From positions 97,030,001-97,094,000 of the forward strand of contig OZ360228.1 of the NCBI GenBank assembly GCA_977017645.1: a DNA stretch of 64,000 nt. The letters run 5' to 3'. The notes beneath the pieces are model-generated. The model was not told the DNA's origin, did no database searches, and saw only the letters and a list, made by a program, of their open reading frames with translations. Source of the stretch: Torpedo marmorata (lineage: Eukaryota). Shown piece by piece: positions 34,111 through 47,599 of this stretch; within the stretch, counting starts at the first letter, position 1; the number at the start of each line of letters is the position of its first letter. Both the position numbers and the translations under genes were made by a program.

Positions 34111-37100
34111 TTCAGATTTCAGACATTAAAAAAAACTTTGTGAGAATGATCCAAGGTTTTGTTTCTCCTCGAGGACTGTGAGAGCAGGACTTGGAATGAG
34201 GAGTGGTTAAAAAGCACCGGGAAAGATAGGTGCTTTTTAAATTTCACCATTGGCTAATTAGCTGCAGCCAAAAAAGGGAAGGGGAGCTGAAGTAGATTCA
34301 CCACTGTGAAAGTTTGAAGTTTGGCTTGAGATGCTTTGGTGAACAGAGGCAAGGACAGGACAACACAGCCCTGTTGAGGAACAAAAGAATTCAGCAAGGA
34401 GGCACAGGTAAGGACAGGTTTTTCTAACTTTTTTTCCTCCATTTCATAAGACAGTGGGAATGGCAACCAGAACAGGCACATGCTCCTCTTGCAGAATGTG
34501 GATAGTCAGGGAAGCCAACAGTATCCCTGATGACTTCATCTGTAAGAAGTGCATCCAACTGCAGCTCCTTACAAACTGTGTTACGGAATTGGAGCTGGAG
34601 TTACAGAGATGCAATCACACCTAGGAGGCAGGAGGTAGCTGGGTGACAGTTAGGAGAGGAAAAGGGAACAGGCAGGCAGTACAGGATACTCCTGTGGCTG
34701 TTCCCCTCAATGACATGCATACCGTTGAGGGGGATGACCTACCGGGGAAAGTCATGGCAGTCAGGTCTCTGCCACAGAGTCAATAGTGAGGGGAAGAGAT
34801 TGAGAATCCTGGATGGCACATTGCCTCCCAGGTGCCAGGGTCTGGGATATCTCTGATTGGGTTCATGGCATTCTCAAGGGGGAGGGGGAGCAGCTGGATG
34901 TTATGGTCCATGTAGGGACCAAAGATGTTGGTAGGAAAGGCGATGAGGTCCTGAAAAAGAGTTCAGTGAGTTAGGGGCGAAGTTGAAGGACAGGACCTCT
35001 AGGGTTGTGATCTCAGGACTGCTACCCGTGCCACATGCAAATGAGGTTAGAAATAGGAGGATAATGCAGCTTAATATGTGGCTAAAGAGATGGTGCAGGA
35101 GGGAAGGCTTCAGATTTCTGGATCATTGGGTTCTCTTCCAGGGAAGGTGGGACCTGTACCGGCAGGTCACTTTGCATCTGAAATGAAGGGGGATTAATAT
35201 CCTTGCAGGAAGGTTTGCAAGTGCTGCTCTGGGGGATTGAAACTAAATTTGCAGGGGGATGGGAACCAGAATGCCAGAGTAGATAGTGACAGAAAAAATG
35301 TTAAGACTGCATATAAAGACAGAAATCAAAGGGCTGTGATTGGTGGAAATAATGTTCTAAGGTGCATCTCTTTCAATGCAAGGAGTATTGTAGGAAAGGC
35401 AGACGAGTTTAGATTGTGGATTGCCATGTGTAATTACGACATTGTGGCCATTAGTGAAACTTGGTTGCAGGACTGGCAGATCAATGTTTTGGGGTTCTGT
35501 TGTTTCAGACATGATGGAGTGGGAGGGATGAAAGGGGGAGGAGTAGCATTGCTCATCAGGTAAACTCACAGCTGTGCTCAGATAGGACATACTAGAGGGC
35601 TCGTCTACTGAGGCTATATGGGTGAAGCTGAGGAATGGGAAAGGTATGACCACATTAATGGGGTTGTATTATAGACCGCCCAATAGTCAGTGAGAATTGG
35701 AGGAGCAAATCTGCTGAGAGACAGCAGACAGTTGCAGGAAATAAAGTTCTGATAGTTGATCATTTTAAAATTCCACATATTGACTGGGACTCCCATACTG
35801 TAAAAGGGCTGGATGGCTTGGAGTTTGTCAAAAGTGTTCAGGAAACTTTTCCAAATCAATATATTGAGGTACCAACTAGATAGAGTGCAACACTAGGATC
35901 TCCTATTTGCGAATGAAACAGGACAGAAGTATGTGTAGGGGAGTACTTTGGGCCCAGTGATCATAATGCTATTAGGTCTGGTCCTCGGGTTGAGATTTTA
36001 AATTGGAGTAAAGCCAATTTTGAGGAAATGAAAGGATCTAGAAAGTGTGGACTGAGCGAGGTTGTTTTCTGGCAAGGATGTGCTCAGCAAGTGAAAGGCT
36101 TTCAAAGCTGAAATTTTGTGAGTACAGAGTTTGTATGTTCTTGTCAGTATAGAACATAGAACAATACAGCATAGTACAGGCCCTTTGGCCCTCGATGTTG
36201 TGCCGACCCATATATTCCTTCCTAAAAAAAAAGTACTGAACCCTCCCTAACCCGTAACCCTCTATTTTTCTTTCATCCATGTGTCTAAGAGTCTCTAAAA
36301 TGCCCCTAAAGTTTCAACCTCCACCACCATCCCCGGCAAGGCATTCCAGGCACCCACAACTCTGTGTAAAAGACCTACCCCTGATGTCTCCCCTGAACTT
36401 CCTTCCCTTCACTTTGTACGTATGTCCTCTGGTGTTTGCTGATCCTGCCCTGGGAAACAGGTGCTGGCTGTCCACCCTATCTATGCCTCTCATAATCATA
36501 ATCTACGCTCCAAAGAGAAAAGTCCCAGCTCTGCTAACCTTGCCTCATAAAACTTGTTTTCCAATCCAGGCAACATCCTGGTAAATCTCCTCTGCACCCT
36601 CTCCATAGCTTCCAATCCTTCCCATAATGAGGTGACCAGAACTGAACACAATACTCTAAGTGTGATCTCACCAGAGATTTGTAGAGTTGCAACATGACCT
36701 CTCTACTGAATTCAATCCCCCTATTAATGAAGCCCAGTATCCCATAGGCCTTCTTAACTATCCTATCAACCTGTGCAGCGACCTTGAGGGATGTATGGAT
36801 TTAAACCCCAAGGTCCCTTCATCCACACTCTTAAGTAACCGACCATTAACCCTGAACTCAGCCTTCTAGTTTGTTCTTCCAAAATGCATCACCTCACACT
36901 TATCCGGATTGAAATCCATCTGCCGGAGACTTCTGGTTGGGCTGTGAGATGGAGTAGACGTCCTTATCACAGCTGCACACCTTCAGTGTACTTTTCCCCT
37001 GTTTACTATTCTTAAAACTTTCGAAGTGGTGTTGAATTGCACATTCTATATTTGAAATGGATACAAGAGCTGGAAAGATTGCTAAAAGTGGAAAAAACGG

Positions 37101-38067
37101 AAAGAAACAAGAAACTCCGCCTATTCCACTGGCAAGACTGATTACTGAGGGCTCCTCCGATGTACTTGAACAAATTAAAGAATCTATTGATGCAGGATTT
37201 AAACGTCTAGGTGAAAGGCTTTTGGCACTGGAAAATCGATTTGCCACAGGTCTGTCATTCTACAGAAGAACAAGGTGAGCTTTTGACCTTAGCAGAATCT
37301 GTTTTGGAGAAATTTAACGACTGCGTCCACCACCTGGAAGACAATAACGAGAGACTAACGATGAGAATTATCGATTTGGAAAGTCGAAGTAGGCGGCAGA
37401 ACCTGCGCATTGTTGGCTTGGCTGAAGATACTGAGACTGGTATGCTTACTAAATTTTTCTCTGATTTGTTGGCAACGGTGTTTGGAGATAAGTTATTTCC
37501 AACACCACCGGAGCTTGATAGAGCACACCGTTCATTATTGCCTAAGCCTAAATCGGGGCAAAAACCACGTTCGGTGGTTATACGCCCACATCATTATCAA
37601 ATGAAGGAACTGCTGATTCGTGAAACCTGTCGTAAAGGTACCCTGCAATACCAAGGCAAAAAATTTAGAATTGTGGAAGATTACTCTCCCGAAGTTATGA
37701 AGCAGCGGGCCGTCTACAGGGAAGCTATGTCGGAATTATATCAGCGTGGGTGGAAGCATTCACTGTTGTTCCCAGCTCGTCTTCGCATATCCCTTCCCAA
37801 CGGGAGCAAGAAATGGTTTGGTTCAGTGGAAGAAGCTCAGGAGTTCATTCTTAACCCTCCCGCTCCAACTCCTGAATGACATTCTCTCTTTTTTTTCTGT
37901 TGGTTTGCTGCTTTGAACTGATGATTGTATTTTAATGTGTTAAAGGTTTGTTTTTAAAGCTTTCATAGAGAAAGCATTGTTATTGTGAGTTGATTTAATT
38001 TGGAGTGGTTGAAGGGAAAAAATTTGACACACTTTGATTGTGCTTACGGTTAAGTTTACTCTATCAA

Positions 38068-38580
38068 AACATGGGAAAAGAAAGAGTACTCTCTATTAGT
38101 AGGATAAAATAAACGCTAAACATCTGAAGTGCCATAATCCGATAGAAAAGAATATATTAATGAGGCAGATTTATTTAATGTAGCCGGATTAGAAGATGAA
38201 CGATCTAGGATAGGGTCCTGATAGGCCTTATCAATGATTACTCAAAGACTGTGAGAGTGAGTGAATCATAGGCTTTTATTATCAAAGAATGGAGCTGTGC
38301 TTCTCACTCGATCAGATCCGGACTGAAGGGGGTGGGCCAAATACAGTGGCCTTTAACCAGGTGAGGAAGGGGAGGGATTACCTGGAGACCCAAGGGAGGG
38401 GAGGGAGTAGGTATCAGTCCGGCCTGCAATACCAGAGCACACCACAACACACCAATACAAATACAGTGGTTTACCACAGGTCCAACCAACAGTTAAAATC
38501 CCCGCCTGGAATAAGCGAGTATAAACTTAAATCTGGCAAAGAAGTAAGAAGGTTTTCAAAAAACCCCGGATCATCAACAT
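38068..38580 (-). repeat. 248 bp inverted duplicate of 39418-39665, interrupted by a solo LTR
   Basis: Reverse-complement match by eye; 513 bp minus the 260 bp LTR and 5 bp TSD equals 248 bp. Confidence 0.93.
38219..38478 (-). mobile_element. Solo LTR (260 bp) of the Mag-like Gypsy group, TSD GGTCC
   Basis: Minus strand TGTGGTAAACCACTGT...TGATAAGGCCTATCA; GGTCC at 38214-38218 and 38479-38483. Confidence 0.94.
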
Positions 38581-41500
38581 AATATAAAAAAATAATATAA
38601 AAAAATTATTTTATATATCCTGTAACGTATTTTTAAATAATAACTTCACGAGAAGTCTCTAATTTTTTTTTCGATGTTCACTGTATTTAGACTAAACAAG
38701 GCTTCTTTTGGTTTGTTATCAACAGCTGCAGGGAAATTTTATTATTTTGCTTCAGAGCAAGAACATTTAATCTATACTGGAAGATAGTGGGTTTTTAGAA
38801 TTAATTAGCACGCTGTCGGCCTTTCTGTCAGCCTTAGGGGGGTGGGACTGGAGAAATACAGGGGTGGGATCATGGGTGTTTTGTGTTGCCATGGTGCTTT
38901 ATTGTTTAGATCTTTCTGGTTCCACCTTATGGAGTTGTACTCTATGGTTTAATAAGGCCATCTGCAGGCCGGAGGTCGTTGTGCATGCTGCACGAACTCG
39001 GCTTTGCACATGCGCATTGGAATTTCTGAAATTAGCTTTACTGTTAGTGTATACTTTCTATAATTGAGTGATCATGGCTAATCCTATTAAGTTCCTGAGT
39101 TGGAATGTGAAAGGCTTAAATCATCCAGTAAAACGAAGGAAAGTGGCTTCACATTTAAAACAACTTAAAGCTGCGATTATATTTTTACAGGAGACACATA
39201 TACGTGGCAGTGATGTTTCGCACCTGATGTCATGGTGGAAAGGGCAACAATATCATTCTTCTTTTCAAGTTAAATCTAGAGGGGTATCGATCCTTATTAA
39301 TCGGAATATTCCTTTTAGTATACATAATGTTGATTCGGATTCCAATGGTCATTTTGTTATTGTTTCAGGGAAATTACATGATAAAATGGTGGTTTTCGCA
39401 AACGTCTATGCTCCCAAATGTTGATGATCCGGGGTTTTTTGAAAACCTTCTTACTTCTTTGCCAGATTTAAGTTTATACTCGCTTATTCCAGGCGGGGAT
39501 TTTAACTGTTGGTTGGACCCTATCCTAGATCGTTCATCTTCTAATCCGGCTACATTAAATAAATCTGCCTCATTAATATATTCTTTTCTATCGGATTATG
39601 GCACTTCAGATGTTTAGCGTTTATTTTATCCTACTAATAGAGAGTACTCTTTCTTTTCCCATGTTCACCACACGTATTGATTATTTTTTTATTGATAATC
39701 ATTTAATTTCATTAACTCATTCTTGTGAATACCACAGTATTGTAATATCTGATCACGCCCCTGTTACAATGTCATTGATTCTTCCTAATTTTCCTCAAGA
39801 TAAAAGACACTGGCATTTTAATTCAGTGTTATTATCAGATAAGGACTTTGTTAAATTTATGGAAGAACAGATAGTTTTCTTTTTTGATACTAATCTCTCT
39901 TCGGAGACCTCTAGTTTAGTTATATGGGATACCTTGAAGGCTTTTCTCAGGGGGCAAATCATTTCGTATACTGTTAATAAAAAAAGGAAGACTAATAAAG
40001 AAAGATCTGAGTTAATTAAACAAATTAAATAGTTAGATCAACAATACACTCAAACTAAAAACTCAGATGTATACAAAAAACAGATTGAACTTAAAACTAA
40101 ATTTGATCTTCTCTCAACATATCCAGCCGAATGCCAACTTTTGAAATCTAAAAGTCAATTTTACATTCATGGTGATAAATCTGGTAAGTTTTTGGCCAAC
40201 CAATTGAGAGGATTTGGTTCTAAACGTCACATTATAAAGGTTTGCAAAGATAATGGTATTATGACTTCAGATCATTTGGAGATAAACGATACATTTAAAA
40301 GATTTTATTCCAAACTATACTCTTCCGAATGTACGAATGACGGTGATTTGATGAATTTTTTTTTAGACAGATTGAATATCCCCAAGATTTCTTCAGATAG
40401 CCAAATTAGACTGGATGAATCTATTTCGCAAGAGGAAATAACGGTTGCTATTTCCTTATTACAATCTAGAAAGGCCCCTGGATCCGATGGGTTCCCTATA
40501 AAATTTTTCAAATTATTTTCTTAATTGCTCACACCTTACCTAAAGGTGGTGTTTGCAGATTCGTTGAAACAGGGTAAACTTCCAGATGAGGCTTGCATTT
40601 CTTTAATTGCTAAGAAAGGTAAGGACACAACCGAATGTTCCTCCTATAGACCGATCTCTTTACTGAATGTTGATGCTAAAATTTTAGCCAATAGGATGGA
40701 AAACATTTTACCATCAGTTATTTCTGAAGATCAAATGGAGTTTATTAAAAACCAATATTCCTATTTTAATATACGTCGCTTAATGAATATTATGTATTTG
40801 CCTTCCGGGAAAACTCATGAGTGTATTCTTTCATTGGATGCTGAAAAAGCTTTTGATCGTATAGAATGGACATATCTGTTTACAACCCTTGAAAATTTTA
40901 ATTTTGGTTCTGATTTTATTACATGGGTTAAATTATTGTACTCATGGCCATCCGCCACAATTCTTACTAATTTACAACAATCTCAGCCTTTCAATCTGCA
41001 ATGTGGCACTCGTCAAAGATGCCCGTTAAGCCCTTTATTATTTGATCTGGCGATTGAACCATTGGCAATTGCATTTCGTGAGTGCAGGGACATCTTGGGG
41101 ATATGGAGGAAAGGGATTGAACATAAGGTCTCTCTTTATGCAGACGATCTCTTACTTTACATTTCGGATCCAGTCACCTCCCTCCCTCATATGATGTCAT
41201 TGCTTTCACAATTTAGTCAATTTTCAGGATATAAATTGAATGTGCATAAAAGTGAACTTCTTCCATTGAATTTTTCTGCAGCAGTGTGTGATGGTTCTCC
41301 TTTTAAGGTTGTTAAAAATCAGTTTACCTATCTTGGTTTTATAATAACAAAGAATCATAAACATCTTTTTAAGGAGAATTATCTTGCTATGCTTAAACAA
41401 GTGAAACATTCCCTGATCCAACGGTCACCTTTGTCTTGGCCGTATAAATTCTATTAAAATAAATATTTTGCCTAAATTTTTATATCTTTTTCAATCTGTT

Positions 41501-44500
41501 CCAATTTTTGTTCCTAAATCACTTTTTGACTTACTTGACTCGGCCATATCGTCTTATAGGCAACCTCGCCTTAATAAAGTTTTTCTACAGAGATCTAAGA
41601 TGGTGGAATGGCTCTACCTAACTTTATATTTTACTATTGGGCAGTCAATATACGAAAGTCTTACGTTTTGGTCCTTCTTTCATAATCCCTCTGACCGCCC
41701 ATTATGGGTATCAATGGAGCTGATTTCCCCCCAAAAATTTTCTAATTTAGCGCTTCTTGGATCTTCACTTCCATTTTCAACTACGTTAATAGATAATCCA
41801 ATTGTTAAATATTCTATGAGAATTTGGGCACAGTTTAGAAAACATTTTGCATTTCATAATTTTTCTCTCTCAATCCCTATCGTATCCAATCACTTTTTTC
41901 AACCTTCTTTACATGATGCTATTTTTCAAAGATGGTATAGAGAGGGTATTCTAAGGATCTGTTCATTGATGGATATTTTGCATCATTTGAGCAGCTTTCT
42001 GCTAAATTTAACTTGCCCAAGTCTCAATTTTTTAGATATTTGCAAGTCCAGCATTTTCTTGAATCACAATTATCTGATTTTTCAAGTCTGAATCAAATTT
42101 TGTCGATGAGATTTTTAGCTTAATGCCTTCTCGTAAAGGTTTAATATCTATTATTTACGAGAAAATGTTATGTTTAAATCAGACCATTAGTTAAAATCAC
42201 TATATCGGATGTGGATTGGGACAAAATTCTTAAGTTGGTTAATAGCTCTTCGTTATGTGCTCGCCATTATTTATTACAATTTAAAGTAGTACATAGAGCT
42301 CATTTGTCTAAGGCTAAATTATCTCGTTTTTATTCCAATATGAGTCCTTGGTGTGACAGGTGTAAGAGCGGAGAAGCGTCATTAATTCATATGCTCTGGA
42401 CTTGTCCTAATCTAGAAAAATACTGCAGAGGTTTTCCATACTTCGTCAAAAAATTTTAATATAGATTTAATACCGAATCCTTTGGTGGCCCTCTTCAGTA
42501 CAATGGGAGTGAATGATTCTTCTTTGTCTCTGGTTCAGAGACGTGCTATTTCTTTTGTCTCTCTTTTGGCGAGGCGTGCGATTTTACTTAAATGGAAGGA
42601 TGCTGCCCCGCCTCCTCATGATCAGTGGTTGCATGACATCATGTCTTGTTTGAATATGGAAAAGATTCGTTATTCAATTAATAATTCAGATATAAGATTT
42701 CAGAAGTTATGGGGGTCATTTATCTTATCTTACTTTATAATTTCATTTCAATGTACCGTAATTAAATTGTCTGACTTGTATCTTTTCCACGTTCTTTTTA
42801 TTTATTTTTTTTACCTTCGTTTTTCCTTTAATAATCATCTGGCAACGCAGTTAGGCAAGGGTTTTGAGTTTTTCTCCTTTACTACTTTCTTTTTTTTTTT
42901 GTGTTATGAGTTTTTTTTCCAAAAAAAGATATACATCATTTAGAATATGAACTATGGATATGATTTATAATTCATGTATGCTTTTATACTAAATGCCTTA
43001 TTGAGTTTGTGTAACTATCCATATCATCTTATCGAATTGCACCTTTTTTTGTGTATAAGTTCTTTATTAAAATCAATAAAAATATTTTAAAAAGAAATCC
43101 ATCTGCCACTTTTCTGCCCAACTCTGCATCCTGTCTATATCCTCTTGTAACCTTCTACAACCTTCAGCTCCATCCACAACTCCTCCAACCTTCGTGTCAT
43201 CCGCAAACTTACTGACCCATCCTTCCGCCTCTTCATCCAGGTCATTCATAAAAATCACAAAGAGCAGGGGTCCCAGAACAGATACTTGCGGCACTCCACT
43301 AGTCACTGACCTCCAGGCAGAATACTTTCCTTCCACTACTTTCTGCTTTCTTCCTACAAGCCAATTTTTTATCCACACAGCCAAGGTTCCACTGATCCCG
43401 TGCCTCATGACTTTCTGGATGAGTCTCTCATGGGAGACCTTGTCAAATGCCTTACTAAAATCCATGTAGACCTCATCTACTGCCCTACCCTCATCAATTT
43501 CTTTTGTTACCTCCTCAAAAAACAATTAGACTTGTGAGGCACGACCTTCCCTTCACAAAGCCATGCTGACTATCCTTGAGTAGACTGTACTGATCCAAAT
43601 GCTCACAGATCCTATCCTTAAGAATCCTCTCCATAAGTTTGCACGCCACTGGCGTAAGACTCACCGGTCTATAATTCCCAGGATTCTCCCTATTACCTTT
43701 TTTAAACAAGGGGACTGCATTTGCCATTCTCCAATCCTCCGGCACATCCCCTGTGGTCAAAGAGGATTCAAAGATCGTAGCTACTGCCTCAGCTATCTCT
43801 TCTCTCACTTCCCACAGCAGCCTGGGGTATATCGCGTCCGGCCCCGGCGACTTATCAATCTTGATGTTTTTAAAGAAGATCCAACACTTCCACTTCCTTA
43901 ATCTCCACATTGTCCAGCACATAGGCCTGTTCAATTTCGACCTTACCGTGTTGAAGGTCCTTTTCTCTTGAGAATACTGACGCAAAGTATTCATTTAGGA
44001 CCTCCTCAACCTCCTTTGCCTCCAGGCACGTTGCCTCCTTTATCCTTTAGCGGTCCCACCTTCATTCTCGTCATCCTTCTGTTCTTCACATACGCATAGA
44101 ACGCCTTGGGGTTCTCCTTAATTCTACATGCCAAGGCCTTCTCATGCCCCCTTTGAGCTCTCCTAAGTCCTTTCTTAAGCTCCTTCCTGGCAACCATATA
44201 TTTTTCATGAGCCCTTCCTGTTTCCTATATCTAATGTATGCTTTCTTCTTCCTCTTGACTAGTTGCCTGACCTGTTTCGTCAGCCACGGTTCCCTTTTCC
44301 TACCATCCTTTCCTTGTCCCAGTGGGACAAACCTATCTTGAACCCTGCACAAGTGGTCCCTAAACTTCCTCCACATTACTTCTGTGCTTTCACCCTTAAA
44401 CATGTTTCCAATTTACTCTCGCTAGTTCCTGCCTCATCCCTTCATAATTAGCCCTTCCCCAGTTAAGCACTTTCCCATTCTGACTGTTTTTATCCTTTTC

Positions 44501-45623
44501 CATAGCTATGTTGAAGCTAAGGGAGTTATGGTATTAAAGGCAAAGTTAACAGGCATAAGGAACCTTGGTTTTCGAGGGATATTGGGGATCTGGTTAAGAA
44601 GAGAGCGGCGTATAGCAGGTATGGGCAAGGAGGAGTAAATGAGGTACTTGAGGAGTATACAGAATGCAGGAAAATACAAGAGGAAAATCAGGAGGGCTAA
44701 AAGACATGAGGTTGCTTTGGCAGACAAGGTGAAGGAAAACCCTAAAAAATTCTACAGGTATATTAAAAGCAAAAGGATAGTAAGGGACAAAATTGGTCCT
44801 CTTGAAGATCAGGGTGATTGGATATGTATGGAGCCAGAAGAGATGGGGGAGATCTGCATCTGTATTTACTCAGGAAACTGGCAGAGTCTAGGGAAGTGAG
44901 ACAAACAAGCAGTAAGGTGATGGAGCCTATACAGATTAAAGAGGAGGAGGAGGTGCTTGCTGACTTGAAGCGAATAAAGGTGGATAAATCCACAGGTCCT
45001 GACAAGGTATTCCCTCGGACCTTGAGAGATACTAGTTCACAAATTGCAGGGGCCCTGGCAGAGGCATTTAAAACTTCCTTAGCCACAGATAGCGTGCCAG
45101 AGGATTGGAGGGTAGCTCATTGTTCCATTGTTTAAAAAAGGTTCCAAAAATAACCAGGAAATTGTAGGCCGGTGAGCCTGACATCAGTAGTAGTTAAGTT
45201 GTTGGAAGATGTTCCAAGAGATCGGATACAAAATATTAGGATAGACAGGTATTGATTAGGGATAGTTAATATGGCTTTGTGCATGGTAGGTCTTGTTTAA
45301 CAAATCTTGGGAGTTTTTTGAGCCAGTTACCAGGAAATTTGCTGAAGGAAAGGCTATGGATGTTGTCTACATGGACTTTAGTAAGGCCTTTGACAAGGTC
45401 CCACATAGGTTAGTCATGGTGAGGTAGTAAACTGGATTTGATATTGTCTTTGTGGGAGAAGCCAGAGAGTGGGAGTGGATGATTGCCTCTCTGACTGGAG
45501 GCCTGTGACTATGGTGTGCCTCAAGGATCGGTGCTGGGTCCTTTGTCATCTATATCAATGATCTAGAAGATGACAATGGTAAATTGAATTAGCAAATTTG
45601 CAGAATATACAAAATTTGAAGGT

Positions 45624-46898
45624 CAGAATCAGAATCAGAATTTATTGTCATGAACAAGTCATGAAATTCGGTGTTTTGCGGCAGCATCATAGTGCAATTA
45701 ACATTCATATTAACCATCTAACGACATTACTATAAAAAATTATAAACAATAGTGCATGAAAAGTAAGGCAGTGTCTTTGGTTCATTGATTATTCAGGAAT
45801 CTGATGGCAGCGGGGAAGAAGCTGTCCTTGTGCCGTTGAGTGCTCGTCTTTAGGCTCCTGTACCTTTTCCCCGATGGAAGCAGAGTGAAGAGGGCATGGC
45901 CTGGGTGGTGGGGGTCCTTGAGGATAGAGGCTGCTTTTTTAAGACACCGCCTCATGTAGATGTCCTCGATGGAGTGAAGTTTGGTGCCTGTGATGTCACA
46001 GGCCGAGTTAAAAACCTTCTGGAGTTTACTCTTGTTCTGGGAGTTGGCGCCGCCATACCAGGCAGTGATGCAACCAGCCAGAATGCTCTCCACGGTACAC
46101 CTGTAGAAGTTCACGAGAGTCTTTGGTGACATACCGAATCTCCGCAGACACCTCACAAAGTATAGCCGCTGATGAGCCTTCTTTGTGATTGCATCCACGT
46201 GGATGCTCCAGGACAGATCCTCGGAGATGTTGACACCCAGGAATTTGAAGTTCTTGACCCTCTCCACTACTGAGCCCTCGATGAGGACTGGGTCGTGTTC
46301 CCCTGACTTCCTCCGGAAGTCCACAATCATCTCCTTGGTTTTGCTGACGTTGAGCTCAAGGTTGTTGTCATTACACCATTCAACGAGCTGATCTATCTCC
46401 CTCCTGTACGCTTCCTCATTGCCGTTTGTGATTCTGCCGACAACTGTGGTGTCATCGGCAAGCTTGTATATGGCATTGGAATTGTGCCTGGCCACACAGT
46501 CGTGAATGTATAACGAGTAGAGCAGTGGACTAAGCACGCATCCTTGGGGTGCGCCTGTGTTGATAATCAGTGAGGAGGAGACGTTGTTTCTAATTCGTAC
46601 TGACTGTGGTCTTCCAATGAGAAAGTCAAGGATCCAGTTACAGAGGGGAGTACAGAGGCCTAGGGTTTGAAGTTTCTTGACCAGCACTGAGGGAATAATG
46701 GTATTGAAGGCCGAGCTGTAGTCGATGAAGAGCAACCGTATGTATGAATTGCTGTTTTCGAGGTGATCCAGAGCTGAGTGGAGAGCCAGCGATATTGCAT
46801 CTGCTGTGGAGCGATTGTGGCGATAGGCGAATTGCAGTGGGTCCAGATCTTTGCTTAGGTATGTGTTAATTCTGGCCATGACCAGCCTCTCAAAGCAT
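45624..46898 (-). mobile_element. Young 5'-truncated Rex1/Babar-type LINE with open RT C-terminal frame
   Basis: CFERLV...PQGCVLSP...LADDTT...AIRFLNNQ*, (ATTCTG)n tail; same family as 12311-14451 and 54412-55777; no TSD. Confidence 0.92.
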
Positions 46899-47599
46899 AG
46901 TGGACAGCAAGAAAGACTTTCAAAGCTTGCAGAGGAATTTGGACCAGCTAGAAAAATGGGCTGCAAAATGGCAGATGAATTTTAATGCAGACAAGTGTGA
47001 GATGTTACATTTTGGAAGGACAAACCAAGGTACGATATACACGGTAAACGGTAAGGCATGGAGGAGTGCGGTAGAACAGACGGATCTGGGACCACAGATA
47101 CATAATTCCCTGAGAGTAGATAGCGTCATAAAGAGAGCTTTTGGCACATTGGCCTTCATAAATCAAAGTATAATGGGAGTGGAATGTTATGGTGAAGTTG
47201 TACAGGGACATTGGTGAGTCCAAATATGGAGTATTGTGTGCAGTTTTGGTCACCTAACTACAGGAAACATATCAATAAGATAGAAAGAGTGCAGAGAAGA
47301 TTTACTAGGAAGTTGCAGGGACTTGTGGAACTGAGTTACAGGGAAAGTTTAAACAGGTTAGGACTTTGTTCCCTGGAGTGAAGAAGAATGAGGGGAGATT
47401 TGATAGAGGTATACAAAATTATGATGGGTATAGATAGAGTAAATGCAAGTAGGCTTTTTCCACTGAGGTTAGATGAGATACAAACCAGAGAACATGGGTT
47501 AAGGGTGAAGGGGAGATGTTTAGAGAGAACATTAGGGAGAATTTCTTCACACAGAGCGGTGGGAGTATGGAATAAGCTGACAGCTGAAGTGGTGAATAC

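Larger units (their letters stand above)
36925..43093 (+). mobile_element. Full-length decayed L1 (ORF1 37057-37879, ORF2 ~39073-42760, both disrupted), 14 bp TSD
   Basis: GAAATCCATCTGCC at 36911-36924 and 43094-43107. ORF1 LESRSRRQNLRIVG and RAHRS; ORF2 SWNVKG, LQETH, LDAEKAFD, YADD, CDRC; AATAAA and A tail. Confidence 0.95.
36151..44530 (-). mobile_element. 5'-truncated CR1 (second family) nested in the first CR1 and split by an L1
   Basis: KSPGPD, YRPVSLT, SQHGF, MDFSKAFDKV and SKFADDTK at 43100-44400; 3' part and (TTCTATG)-type tail at 36151-36924. Confidence 0.88.
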
